Shown: positions 35,826-45,159, numbered from the stretch's first letter. The stretch is DNA of 59,252 bases from Clostridia bacterium (GCA_017619495.1 JAFZSF010000012.1:1-59252), one strand, 5' to 3'. Notes: generated by a model from the letters alone, not told the origin. Numbers and translations: made by a program.

Positions 35826-36500
35826 TTAAGCGTGGTTTAAATCCCAATCGATGGGTGGTTTGCCGTGTTGTATTAAATAAGCGTTGGTCTTAGAAAAATG
35901 CTTGCAGCCGGAGAAGCCGCGGTAGACCGATAACGGCGACGGGTGCGCGCATTGTAAAATCAAATGTTTCTGATTATCGATGAGCGGGGCTTTACTGCGG
36001 GCATTACCACCCCAAAGTAAAAAGACCGTGTTTTGCGTATGTTCACTAAGCAATTTGATGACGGCGTCGGTAAACCACGCCCAGCCACAATTGGCGTGTG
36101 AATTGGCTTGGTGGGCGCGAACAGTCAGGGTAGTATTCAAAAGTAGGACGCCGCGCTGGGCCCATTTAGTTAGGTCGCCGCAGTTCGGCTCCGTGATGCC
36201 TAAATCATCGTGGATTTCTTTGAAAATGTTTTGCAATGATGGTGGTAATGCCACCCCAGCTTGGACCGAAAAACATAGCCCGTGGGCTTGATTAGGTTCG
36301 TGGTAAGGGTCTTGTCCTAAAATGACACATTTGACTTGGTTTAACGGCGTTAAGCGGAAACAGTTATACAAATCGTACATGTCGGGGTAAATGGTGCGGG
36401 TCGCATATTCGGTTTTCAAAAAGTTACGAATGCGTAAATAGCGTTCGTCCCGAAATAACGGTGCCAATAATTCGTCCCAACCACCACCCAACGGTTGCAT
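35826..36500 (-). CDS. ung: uracil-DNA glycosylase
   Basis: GQDPYH and HPSPLS motifs. The start is set at MQPLGGGWDELL. Confidence 0.93.
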   Translation of the reverse strand: MQPLGGGWDELLAPLFRDERYLRIRNFLKTEYATRTIYPDMYDLYNCFRLTPLNQVKCVILGQDPYHEPNQAHGLCFSVQAGVALPPSLQNIFKEIHDDLGITEPNCGDLTKWAQRGVLLLNTTLTVRAHQANSHANCGWAWFTDAVIKLLSEHTQNTVFLLWGGNARSKAPLIDNQKHLILQCAHPSPLSVYRGFSGCKHFSKTNAYLIQHGKPPIDWDLNHA

Positions 36501-36610
36501 AAGGTAGTATAGCACGAAATAGTTCACTCAACAAATTGTCATAATGGGTATTGCGTGTCAATAAAAAAACCGCTCCATTGAGGGGCGGTTTTTGGTTTGG
36601 TTTTCCGTAA

Positions 36611-36835
36611 TTAGATGTTTAACAAACGGAAAATTTGGCGATTGATAATCATGAAGATTAAGTCCAAGATCCAAACGATGGTAAAGCCGAAGATTAAACG
36701 AATTAATCCAGCCACAATTTTACCTTCCATGAAACGGGTTACGAAACCGCAAACCCAAGCGGTGAATGGAATAATCGCCAAAATTAAACTAACGATGTAT
36801 CCTAAACCAAAATAGTCTTTACTTTTTTTTGCCAT
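36611..36835 (-). CDS. small membrane protein (74 aa, two TM helices)
   Basis: SD (aaaaggaga) and two hydrophobic helices. Family not recognised. Confidence 0.55.
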   Translation of the reverse strand: MAKKSKDYFGLGYIVSLILAIIPFTAWVCGFVTRFMEGKIVAGLIRLIFGFTIVWILDLIFMIINRQIFRLLNI

Positions 36836-36878
36836 TTTAATTTTTTCTCCTTTTGTATTTCATGTATATGCAAGATTT

Positions 36879-37151
36879 TTAGTAACTTGCGTTTTGAACT
36901 TCTTTACGTGGTGCTCGAACTTCGTCACCGATTTGAATGAAGTAGCGTTTGCCGTCACGGCTGTTGCAGTTCTTCAAGATGGTACGGATTGCGGTTACCG
37001 TAGCGCCACCTTTACCAATGACACGGCCCATATCGCCGTCAGCAACTTTAACTTTAACGGTAACATTGTCACCGTCAACGATGTCTTCCAAGACAACTTT
37101 GTCTGGATTTTCGACTAAACTTTTTACAATTAATTCAATTACTTGTTTCAT
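36879..37151 (-). CDS. KH domain RNA-binding protein (YlqC/UPF0109 type)
   Basis: GRVIGKGG (GxxG) KH motif and the conserved position downstream of rpsP. Confidence 0.85.
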   Translation of the reverse strand: MKQVIELIVKSLVENPDKVVLEDIVDGDNVTVKVKVADGDMGRVIGKGGATVTAIRTILKNCNSRDGKRYFIQIGDEVRAPRKEVQNASY

Positions 37152-37169
37152 TTTGATTCCTTTTATTGA

Positions 37170-37490
37170 TTATTTCTTTGCTTCTTCTGTTGTTTTTGGT
37201 TTTTGATTTTTTTTGACACGATTAGCACTGGGGGTGTATTTAGTTGGTTGCAAAACGCCAGCCATTTCTAACACTTTTTTCGCAGTGTCGGTTGGGGTAG
37301 CGCCTTTATCAAGCCAACTTTGTGCCAAGGCTTTGTCCAACTTCACTTCCGCTGGTTCTTTCAACGGATTGTAGGTTCCGATGACTTCCAAGAATTTGCC
37401 GTCACGCGGAGAACGACTGTCAGCCGCAACTACACGGTAAAAAGGATTGCCCTTATCGCCTAATCTTGTCAGTCTGATTTTAACTGCCAT
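37170..37490 (-). CDS. rpsP: 30S ribosomal protein S16 (with a Lys-rich C-terminal extension)
   Basis: [33 protein letters not shown] (aaaggagg). Confidence 0.95.
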   Translation of the reverse strand: MAVKIRLTRLGDKGNPFYRVVAADSRSPRDGKFLEVIGTYNPLKEPAEVKLDKALAQSWLDKGATPTDTAKKVLEMAGVLQPTKYTPSANRVKKNQKPKTTEEAKK

Positions 37491-37564
37491 GCTTTCTTTC
37501 TGCTCCTCCTTTCGTTAAAATTTTTATTTGGGACTTACAACCTTGCGGAATGCCCAATCGACTT

Positions 37565-38875
37565 TTATCTAAAACGGCGCATTTTGCCGCCACCGAATTG
37601 CTTCATTAACAGTTTACCTTGTTCAAATTGTTTTAACAATTGGTTCACTGCCTGAATTGAAGTTCCACTGCCGGCGGCAATGCGTTGTTTACGACTGGAC
37701 TTAATGATATCGGGGTTGACGCGTTCTTCCATTGTCATGGATTGGATAATGGCTTTGTTGCGCGCCATGGTTTGTTCGTCCAATTTACCAAATTTAATTT
37801 TACCACCCATGGCCCCACCGAGGTTTTCTAAAATATCGTCTAAGTTACCCATCTTGGCCAGATTGTCATATTGTTGTAGGAAATCGTCTAAGGTAAACGC
37901 GTTACGACGGAAAGATTCTTCCATGCGTTTCATTTCGTTTTCGGTAACGACGGCTTGGGCTTTCTCAATAATCGTTAAAACATCGCCCATGCCTAAAATA
38001 CGGCGGGCAATCCGGTCAGGGTGGAAAGGTTCAATATCGCCCATTTTTTCGCCAGTTCCGCTGAATTTAATTGGCTTACCGGTAACATAACGAATTGACA
38101 TGGCCGCACCACCGCGCGTATCGCCATCTAATTTGGTTAAAACCACGCCGGAAATATCCAGTTGTTGATTAAATTCAGTGGCGACATTCACGGCGTCTTG
38201 ACCAGTCATGGCGTCTACGGTTAATAAAATTTCGGTTGGGTTAACCGCTTTTTTAATCGCAACCAATTCGGACATTAAGTTTTCGTCGATATGCAGACGG
38301 CCGGCAGTATCAATAATTACGGTATCTAAGTTATTGGACAAAGCGTGTTTAATACTGTCTTTGGCGATTTTGACCGCGTCTTTATTGCCACCGTCATAGC
38401 AAGCAACACCAGCTTGTTTGGCAACAACTTTTAATTGTTCAATTGCGGCAGGGCGGTAGATATCATCGGCAACCAGTAAAACGCGTTTACCTTGCCCCTT
38501 TAACAGTTGACCTAATTTACCACAAAAAGTAGTTTTACCCGCACCTTGTAGACCGACCATCATAATAATGGTGGGCGGATTGGGGGCTACGGTAAGTTTA
38601 GTATTATCGCCACCCAAAAGTGCGGTCATTTGTTCGTGTACGATTTTAATAATTTGTTGTCCTGGGGTTAAAGATTGCATGACTGTTTCACCAGAACACT
38701 TTTCAGTTGTGGCAGCAATAAAATTTTTGACTACTGCAATATTTACATCGGCTTCTAATAAGGCTAATTTAATCTCACGCATGGCGGCTTTGATTTCAAG
38801 GTCTGTTAACTTGCCGCTTCGTGTCAACTTTGCAAAGATGTGCTTGAATTTTTCCGATAAACTTGAAAATGCCAA
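37565..38875 (-). CDS. ffh: signal recognition particle protein Ffh
   Basis: GLQGAGKTT, DTAGR and TKLDGD GTPase motifs plus a Met-rich M domain. TTG start (MAFSSL) with a GAGG SD. Confidence 0.95.
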   Translation of the reverse strand: MAFSSLSEKFKHIFAKLTRSGKLTDLEIKAAMREIKLALLEADVNIAVVKNFIAATTEKCSGETVMQSLTPGQQIIKIVHEQMTALLGGDNTKLTVAPNPPTIIMMVGLQGAGKTTFCGKLGQLLKGQGKRVLLVADDIYRPAAIEQLKVVAKQAGVACYDGGNKDAVKIAKDSIKHALSNNLDTVIIDTAGRLHIDENLMSELVAIKKAVNPTEILLTVDAMTGQDAVNVATEFNQQLDISGVVLTKLDGDTRGGAAMSIRYVTGKPIKFSGTGEKMGDIEPFHPDRIARRILGMGDVLTIIEKAQAVVTENEMKRMEESFRRNAFTLDDFLQQYDNLAKMGNLDDILENLGGAMGGKIKFGKLDEQTMARNKAIIQSMTMEERVNPDIIKSSRKQRIAAGSGTSIQAVNQLLKQFEQGKLLMKQFGGGKMRRFR

Positions 38876-39018
38876 ATCTAACCTCGCTCATATTTATTAT
38901 TAACTAAAAATATGTTTTTGTCAATCTGATAATCACGAATTATTAAAAGCTAAGCGCGAAAAGTAAAGGAAAGATTTATTTGATTTTATCGCCGTGCTGT
39001 GTTATAATTCCTTTATTC

Positions 39019-39092
39019 GCGGGTGTAGTTCAATGGTAGAACTCCAGCCTTCCAAGCTGATAGCGTCGGTTCGATTCCGATCACCCGCTCCA
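39019..39092 (+). tRNA. tRNA-Gly (UCC)
   Basis: GCGGGTGTAGTTCAATGGTAGAACTCCAGCCTTCCAAGCTGA...GGTTCGATTCC...CCA. A TTGATT/TATAAT promoter lies at about 38983-39011. Confidence 0.92.
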
Positions 39093-39214
39093 ATGAAATG
39101 CAGAGCGGTAAACGAACGCAGAGAGTATCAACCGCTCTAAACGCAATGTGATGGATAATCGGTGACATTTTATACTAAAATAATGTCAAATTTTGTCAAA
39201 TTTTAATTATTTAT

Positions 39215-39244
39215 TTGCAAGTAGTAAAAATTAAATGATATAAT
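39215..39244 (+). promoter_or_regulatory. promoter ending 6 nt before the ATG (leaderless candidate)
   Basis: TTGCAA, an 18-nt spacer including TGa, then TATAAT. The ATG is at 39251 and there is no SD. Confidence 0.55.
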
Positions 39245-39250
39245 TAGGGT

Positions 39251-39826
39251 ATGGAAAGCGAAAAGGAAATTGAAGATAAAGGTTTATTTCAAGTCGTTTT
39301 AGATGATGACGAAGAAGTCGTACAGGTGATTCGTCCACATAAAGGTCGCGCTTGGTTTGGTACCATTTTTACTTTTGTGGTTTTAACTTTGGTGATAGTA
39401 CCGTTTGCAATTATGATGATGGTTTTCCGCCAACAAGGTGACGGCGATTCGTTAGGTGCTGGCATCGGGGCTTTGGTGTTTTGGGCGTTGATTAGCGCGC
39501 TTGGTTTTGTGGCAACAGCATTGTGGAGTTGTAAAACCGTTTACGCTTGGACGAATAAACGCGTGTTAATTCGTACGGGTTACATTGGTGTCGATTACAA
39601 AAGTTTGGATTTGAACATGGTGGGGGCTTTATCAGTTAATGTTACCATGGTCGATAAACTTTTGCGTCGTAATACGGGAACCATTGCTTTCGGTAGCATG
39701 GCTAGTCCAATGACAACACAAAATGCTTCTAAATTTAATTTTGCTTTTGTTTATGACCCGTACCGTGTTTACAAAGAAGTTAAAGGTTATATCGACCAAA
39801 AGAAAAGCGCACAAGTCGCAAAATAA
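39251..39826 (+). CDS. membrane protein with a bacterial PH (bPH_2/YdbS-like) domain
   Basis: Two TM helices followed by YAWTNKRVLIRTGYIGVDYKSLDLNMV, typical of the bPH_2 fold. Confidence 0.6.
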   Translation: MESEKEIEDKGLFQVVLDDDEEVVQVIRPHKGRAWFGTIFTFVVLTLVIVPFAIMMMVFRQQGDGDSLGAGIGALVFWALISALGFVATALWSCKTVYAWTNKRVLIRTGYIGVDYKSLDLNMVGALSVNVTMVDKLLRRNTGTIAFGSMASPMTTQNASKFNFAFVYDPYRVYKEVKGYIDQKKSAQVAK

Positions 39827-39871
39827 AAATTGATGATGAAGGTCTACCACAGGGTAGACTTTTTTAATGAA

Positions 39872-39947
39872 TGGAGCTGATGGCGAGACTCGAACTCGCG
39901 ACCTTTTGATTACGAATCAAATGCACTACCGACTGTGCTACATCAGC
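39872..39947 (-). tRNA. tRNA-Thr (CGU)
   Basis: The minus strand reads GCTGATGTAGCACAGTCGGTAGTGCATTTGATTCGTAATCAAA...GAGTTCGAGTCTC...CCA. Confidence 0.9.
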
Positions 39948-40009
39948 GTGCGTTAAGTTTATCACAAAAACGGTGGGTAAGGCAAGCCGAATTCGCCGTA
40001 TACATAACT

Positions 40010-40618
40010 ATGCGCAAGGGTATGAAACGATTATGGCGTTTAATGGCCGTGGTTACACTTTTAAGCATTTATTTAGTTCTGGTAGTTAATCCGGTTGTAT
40101 TTAATTATGCTGATGCCGTAGTGAACGCAGTGACGGTACAGGCGGTTAGTAGTGGGATTGCCGATGTCGTTAAAACGGATACTTACAGCAGTTTAACCGA
40201 TATTCGCCGTGATACCAATGGTACGATTACCAGTATTAATGCGGACGCCTTGGCTATGAATGTGTTGGCGGCACAGGTTTCCGCCCGTGCGCAATCATAT
40301 TTAACTGACCGTAGTATGGAAGGTATTATGGTGCCGATTGGAACCTTTTCCGGAGTGCCTTTTTTAGTGGGACGCGGTGTACCAATAAAGTTAAAACTGC
40401 AATTAATTGGTGCCGTGAATTGTAATTTTGAATCGGAATTTAAGTCAGCAGGAATTAACCAAACCGAACACAAAATTACTTTGCGTAGTTATGCGACGGT
40501 GGATGTGATTTTACCATTGTATTCTAAGCGCACTAATGTAGTAATTGAAATGTTGTTTTCAGACAGTATAATTGTGGGCGAAGTACCAGAATTTATGTTA
40601 ACGCATACAATGAATTAA
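40010..40618 (+). CDS. yunB: sporulation protein YunB
   Basis: A signal-anchor plus FKSAGINQTEHKI...IIVGEVPEF, matching the YunB family pattern. The track ORF's N-terminus overlaps tRNA-Thr, so the start is moved to MRKGMKRLW. Confidence 0.8.
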   Translation: MRKGMKRLWRLMAVVTLLSIYLVLVVNPVVFNYADAVVNAVTVQAVSSGIADVVKTDTYSSLTDIRRDTNGTITSINADALAMNVLAAQVSARAQSYLTDRSMEGIMVPIGTFSGVPFLVGRGVPIKLKLQLIGAVNCNFESEFKSAGINQTEHKITLRSYATVDVILPLYSKRTNVVIEMLFSDSIIVGEVPEFMLTHTMN

Positions 40619-40658
40619 AGGAAGCCGGACAGGCAACCTTGCAAAGGAGGAAAACACA

Positions 40659-40832
40659 ATGTGGTATTATTCAATGAATGTTGATGCATTTTATCAACCG
40701 AACATGAATTACCTATGGGAATATAACAATTATTACAATTACAACCAGTGGAACTATGCAAATCGCAGTAATTTAGCTAACTATAATTATTACAATCACA
40801 TGCCACACGCTATGTTCTTTATGGTCGGTTAA
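40659..40832 (+). CDS. Tyr/Asn-rich micro-protein (57 aa), not in the ORF track
   Basis: Strong SD (caaaggagga) 7 nt upstream of the ATG and a terminator immediately after the stop. The translation is MWYYSMNVDAFYQPNMNYLWEYNNYYNYNQWNYANRSNLANYNYYNHMPHAMFFMVG. Confidence 0.6.
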   Translation: MWYYSMNVDAFYQPNMNYLWEYNNYYNYNQWNYANRSNLANYNYYNHMPHAMFFMVG

Positions 40833-40833
40833 T

Positions 40834-40862
40834 AAAAAATGCGGAGGTCGTCCGCATTTTTT
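40834..40862. terminator. bidirectional terminator
   Basis: AAAAAATGCGGAggtcgTCCGCATTTTTT between convergent genes. Confidence 0.8.
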
Positions 40863-40881
40863 ATTAAGGTAATGACAGTTA

Positions 40882-41961
40882 TTATTTTTCAGTAGTTAAC
40901 GCCATGTTTTTGAGGCGATTATATTCTTTAAGGAAATCAAATAATTCACGGGCGAATTTATTTTGCCCGACTTCAGCTCTACGCGCTATCATGCAGATAT
41001 GTGCACATTTACTAGATAATTGGGGTTTAGCACCTTTTTTAAGATATTCTTTGTAAATATCCATAACTGCCTCCTTGTATCGGTCGAAATCGTTTTTTTG
41101 GAAACCAGCTTGACAATAGGTCTTTATTTTTTCGTCAATGATTTTTTTGCGAATACCTTCGGGTGATCTTTCGTCAAGTGATTTATTATTGTAGGCATGA
41201 TAGCGAATATCATCCAATTTCTTCATTTGTAAGTTTTCCATGGTATTAATTTGAATTTCAACATTAACGCCTTGGTATTGAAAGTTTATATGAATGGCTT
41301 GGTAGGCATCTTTTTCACGAATTCTCACTCTGCCACCAAATTGTCCTAATAAAGCACTAACTAATTCAGGCGCATCGGCAAATTTTTCAAGCACAATAGT
41401 AAAGCGCATATAGTCGTTAATGGTGTTGAGTAATTTAGCTGGTTGATTATGAAATTTTAAATCAATAACTTCAGCCATGCTGAGATTATTGTCTTTAATC
41501 CGTCCGATTTTTTCTGTTAAGTTACCAAAATTTTTCGGGCCGGGATTGATGATTCCAAATTTACCAAGCATTAAAATCTTATATTCATCGCGGTTGATAG
41601 GGTTATAACCGGTATCACTTTTTCGCACCATGGTTAATGGTTTGGGTACAATTTTAATTAAGCGGTTTTCAATTAAATTATATTTAACATGGTCATTAAT
41701 CGAGCGATCTTCGTTTAAGATTTTTTCTTTGTTATGATCATTCCTTTGGATAAAACCTTTTACGAATTCATTAAAATCTTTGGTGCCATATTCAATTGTT
41801 TCGTTAATGGTACCATCGGGATTTTTTAGTCTAATTAATTCGGGATGTGTGATTTTTACATAGTCTTTAATTATGTCAGATTTGTTAAATTCGGCATAAA
41901 AATCGGCAGCTTCCGGGGCAACAGCAAGTTCCACCGGCTTGGTGTTAATTTGTTCGTTCAT
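40882..41961 (-). CDS. divergent RelA/SpoT-like (RSH synthetase-fold) nucleotidyltransferase domain protein
   Basis: At aa 150-245, GRIKDNNLSMAEVI ... DYMRFTIV ... AYQAIH ... VEIQINT aligns with the small-alarmone-synthetase motifs R.K....S / D..G.R / Y...H / E.Q.RT at matching spacing. The flanking N- and C-terminal regions are unrecognised. AT-rich. Confidence 0.5.
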   Translation of the reverse strand: MNEQINTKPVELAVAPEAADFYAEFNKSDIIKDYVKITHPELIRLKNPDGTINETIEYGTKDFNEFVKGFIQRNDHNKEKILNEDRSINDHVKYNLIENRLIKIVPKPLTMVRKSDTGYNPINRDEYKILMLGKFGIINPGPKNFGNLTEKIGRIKDNNLSMAEVIDLKFHNQPAKLLNTINDYMRFTIVLEKFADAPELVSALLGQFGGRVRIREKDAYQAIHINFQYQGVNVEIQINTMENLQMKKLDDIRYHAYNNKSLDERSPEGIRKKIIDEKIKTYCQAGFQKNDFDRYKEAVMDIYKEYLKKGAKPQLSSKCAHICMIARRAEVGQNKFARELFDFLKEYNRLKNMALTTEK

Positions 41962-42107
41962 TTTCTTAATTCTATACTCCTCTTGTTTTTGTGGCTAACT
42001 GGCTACAAATGATTATCCAATATATATCTTATATATGCGGAGTGTCAAGTATTATTGATTTTTGTTTTTTTGTTAATCATGTTATTATGAGTTTTAGTTG
42101 GCGGCGT

Positions 42108-43400
42108 ATGTTTGAATCTAAATCTCAGAGAAATTTAACACGGGTGATTTTGCATTGCGATTTAAACAATTTCTTTGCGTCGGTGGCAATGAAGTTACAC
42201 CCCGAACTGCGTGGTAAATACATTGCGGTTTGTGGTAACCCCAGTCTACGCAAGGGTATCGTATTAGCCAAAAGTGAGAACGCCAAAAAGATGGGTGTTA
42301 AAACTGGTATGCCAATTTGGCAAGCACGTCAGGTTTGCCCGCAAATTGAAATTGTACCGACTGAGTACCAAGCATATGAAACTTACAGTAAGAAAGTACA
42401 AGCAATATATTACAGCTTTACCAATCAAGTGGAAAGTTTTGGAATTGATGAATGTTGGTTAGATGTGACACACAGCAAAAAAATGTTTGGAAACGGTATG
42501 CAAATTGCCAACCAAATTCGCCAAACGGTTAAAGCGGAATTAGGTTTAACCATTTCTGTGGGGGTTTCATTTAATAAAACTTATGCCAAATTGGGCAGTG
42601 ATTTAGCGGAGCCGGACAGTGTCATGGCAATTACTTTGGACAATTACCAACAATTAATTTATCCGATGCCGTTAAGCAATCTGTTATTCATTGGTAAAAA
42701 AACACAGTTACTGTTAACTAAATTGAATTTACACACGATTGGTGATTTAGCTAATTATGATGTTAAATTGTTGAAAAGTTTTATGGGTATTAATGCCGAA
42801 AAATTAATTGCGGCGGCGCGTGGAGAAGATTACAGCGATGTTAGTGATTATTTATCCCATGAAATACCGCGTAGTGTGGGTAACGGAACGACAGTACCAT
42901 TTGATTTGACCAGTAAAAGGGAAGTGGAATCAGTTTTATATTTGTTGGCAGAAAAAATTGCTTATCGTTTAAGGGAACAGAACTTAGAGGGCTATACGAT
43001 TCATTTATCAATTAAAGATACTATGTTGCATTGGTGCGGAGCTCAAACCAGTTTGCCGTATCCGACGCACGCGGTCATGACGATTCGTCAGACCGCAAGT
43101 GCAATTTTTGACCAGTTATGGGTGCAAAAGCCTTTCCGTCCAGTACGGGCTTTACGCATTGCTGTGGCGAACCTAACCGATGCTCCCAATCTGCAAACCA
43201 ATTTATTGGCGGAACTAAACGACGAAGCCAAACACCAAGCATTGGATAATGCGTTTGATAAAATCCGTCGTAAGTATGGTACTACGCAAATTATGTTAGG
43301 TGGTACAGCGGAAAGTTACCAAAAACTGGGTTTTGCTTTACATATGTATGATTATGATAATGTGGAAAATTTGACCAGCGATGATGATTTAGTTGAATAA
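42108..43400 (+). CDS. dinB: DNA polymerase IV (Y-family)
   Basis: ILHCDLNNFFASV and GIDECWLDV motifs. The N-terminal 39 codons of the track ORF look non-coding, so the start is set at MFESKSQ. Confidence 0.9.
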   Translation: MFESKSQRNLTRVILHCDLNNFFASVAMKLHPELRGKYIAVCGNPSLRKGIVLAKSENAKKMGVKTGMPIWQARQVCPQIEIVPTEYQAYETYSKKVQAIYYSFTNQVESFGIDECWLDVTHSKKMFGNGMQIANQIRQTVKAELGLTISVGVSFNKTYAKLGSDLAEPDSVMAITLDNYQQLIYPMPLSNLLFIGKKTQLLLTKLNLHTIGDLANYDVKLLKSFMGINAEKLIAAARGEDYSDVSDYLSHEIPRSVGNGTTVPFDLTSKREVESVLYLLAEKIAYRLREQNLEGYTIHLSIKDTMLHWCGAQTSLPYPTHAVMTIRQTASAIFDQLWVQKPFRPVRALRIAVANLTDAPNLQTNLLAELNDEAKHQALDNAFDKIRRKYGTTQIMLGGTAESYQKLGFALHMYDYDNVENLTSDDDLVE

Positions 43401-43411
43401 AAAGACCGCCA

Positions 43412-43468
43412 TAGTTGCAGCATTTTGAAACTAGCGGAATAAGAACTCAAAATGCGAGTTCTTTTTTT
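43412..43468 (+). repeat. left-end repeat copy C (solo) plus a terminator hairpin
   Basis: TAGTTGCAGCATTTTGAAACTAGCGGAAT followed by AAGAACTCaaaatgcGAGTTCTTTTTTT, starting 12 nt after the dinB stop. Confidence 0.8.
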
Positions 43469-43549
43469 GAACAAAGATTACAGTAATGTAATATTCAGTT
43501 AGTTTCATTTTATTTGTGGATATGTTAAAGTATACGCAAGGGGTAAAAT

Positions 43550-44068
43550 ATGGAAGAGTTATTAGACACTTTTGATATCAATGGTAACTTTCTTGGAATA
43601 AAAACTAAAAGTTTTTGTCATAGTGAAACTCCTGGAGTTTACCACAAACCTGTATGGATATGGATTATGAATAACGAAGGTGAAATTCTTGTCCAAAAAC
43701 GTGCATTAGCAAAGAAAAAAAGCCCAGGTAAATGGGATATGCCGTCGGCTGGGCATGTTGAGGCTGGCGAAAGTCCTGTTCAAGGATGTGTGAGAGAAAC
43801 AGAAGAAGAACTGGGAATTAAATGTAAGCCGAAAGATTTTATATTTCTAAAAGAAATTGTTAATCAGCACGGCTGGGAACTTGCGCAAGTTTACCTTCTT
43901 AAAACGAACACGAAAATTAAAGATATGAAATTACAAAAAGCAGAGGTTGAACAAGTTAAATGGTTAAAATATGCTGACTTTGTTAAACTTTTTTATTCAG
44001 ACGAGTTTTGTGAACATGAAAAGAGTTACAAAGATTGGGTTTGTGATGTTTTGAAAAGATATCAATAA
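43550..44068 (+). CDS. NUDIX hydrolase
   Basis: Nudix box GHVEAGESPVQGCVRETEEELGI (GX5EX7REUXEEXGU). Confidence 0.9.
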   Translation: MEELLDTFDINGNFLGIKTKSFCHSETPGVYHKPVWIWIMNNEGEILVQKRALAKKKSPGKWDMPSAGHVEAGESPVQGCVRETEEELGIKCKPKDFIFLKEIVNQHGWELAQVYLLKTNTKIKDMKLQKAEVEQVKWLKYADFVKLFYSDEFCEHEKSYKDWVCDVLKRYQ

Positions 44069-44121
44069 TTTTGGTGCAACAAAAGGTGTTAACTGTGTCA
44101 ATCCCACGGGTTGGTTTGTAT

Positions 44122-44196
44122 TGGAGGCACGGGCCAGAATCGAACTGGCGCATAACGGTTTTGCAGACCATCGCTTTTCCACTTAGCAACCGTGCC
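44122..44196 (-). tRNA. tRNA-Cys (GCA)
   Basis: The minus strand reads GGCACGGTTGCTAAGTGGAAAAGCGATGGTCTGCAAAACCGT...CAGTTCGATTCTGG...TCCA, with a U73 discriminator. Confidence 0.9.
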
Positions 44197-44298
44197 ACAG
44201 AATAACTTATTATATACAAAAGTATTGTGTTTGGCAACCATAATCTATTTGGCAAAACTTAATTTGCAAAAGCGGCGGTGGTGTAGTTATAATAAGGT

Positions 44299-45159
44299 AT
44301 GGCACAAATTATTGACGGGAAGTCGTTAGCGGCCGTAGTACGCGCGCGTGTTGCGACTGAGGTACGACAAATTAAGGCGCAGGGCGGAACGGTGCGCTTT
44401 GCGGCGGTATTGGTAGGGGAAGATCCCGCCAGCCAAATTTATGTGCGTAATAAACAACGGGCTTGTGAAAAAGTTGGGATTGAATTTGAATTACACACTT
44501 TACCTGCGAATTGTCGTTATGAAGATTTGACGGCGTTAATTTGTCGCTTGTCAGCAGATAAAACCATCAACGGTGTTTTATTGCAGTTACCAGTACCACC
44601 GGCGGTGGTGGGTGACCGTTTGACTGAGGTTTTGAATTTGATTGACCCGCAAAAAGATGTGGATGGTTTGACGATGGCTAATTTAGGAAAATTGGTTGAC
44701 GGTGGTCATGGTTTGATTCCGTGTACGGCACAAGGAATTTTGTATGCGATCCAAAGTGTTTGTCCGGATTTAACAGGCAAGAAAATTGTTATGGTTGGTC
44801 GTAGCCGGATTGTTGGCCGTCCGACCAGTTTATTATTAACTAATCATGATGCAACGGTTACGGTTTGTCACAGTCGGACGCGCAACTTAGCAGAGCACAC
44901 ACGCTCCGCGGATATTGTGGTGGTAGCAACAGGTTGCCCACACTTATTAACCGCGGATATGGTCAAAAAAGACGCGATTATCATTGATGTCGGCATTAAC
45001 CGACTACCTGATGGTAAACTGGTCGGCGATGTGGATTTTGACCGTGTATCCAAAATTGCATCAGCGATTACACCGGTTCCCGGTGGTATTGGACCATTGA
45101 CGGTGGCATTTATGTTAAAGAATATTGTGGCTGCGTATTGCCGACAACACGGTGGTTAA
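44299..45159 (+). CDS. folD: bifunctional methylenetetrahydrofolate dehydrogenase/cyclohydrolase
   Basis: MAQIIDGK..., GRSRIVGRPTSLLL and PVPGGIGPLTVA motifs. A TATAAT ends 5 nt before the ATG. Confidence 0.95.
   Translation: MAQIIDGKSLAAVVRARVATEVRQIKAQGGTVRFAAVLVGEDPASQIYVRNKQRACEKVGIEFELHTLPANCRYEDLTALICRLSADKTINGVLLQLPVPPAVVGDRLTEVLNLIDPQKDVDGLTMANLGKLVDGGHGLIPCTAQGILYAIQSVCPDLTGKKIVMVGRSRIVGRPTSLLLTNHDATVTVCHSRTRNLAEHTRSADIVVVATGCPHLLTADMVKKDAIIIDVGINRLPDGKLVGDVDFDRVSKIASAITPVPGGIGPLTVAFMLKNIVAAYCRQHGG

Noticed and set aside
41991-42107. The N-terminal 39-codon extension of dinB in the ORF track. Similar extensions occur at 3058, 5428, 10650, 21123, 33206, 39935, 47829, 50984 and 57958.
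   Set aside because: The extensions run through promoter-like or SD sequences or tRNA genes, and the conserved family N-termini start at the internal ATGs chosen in the feature list.
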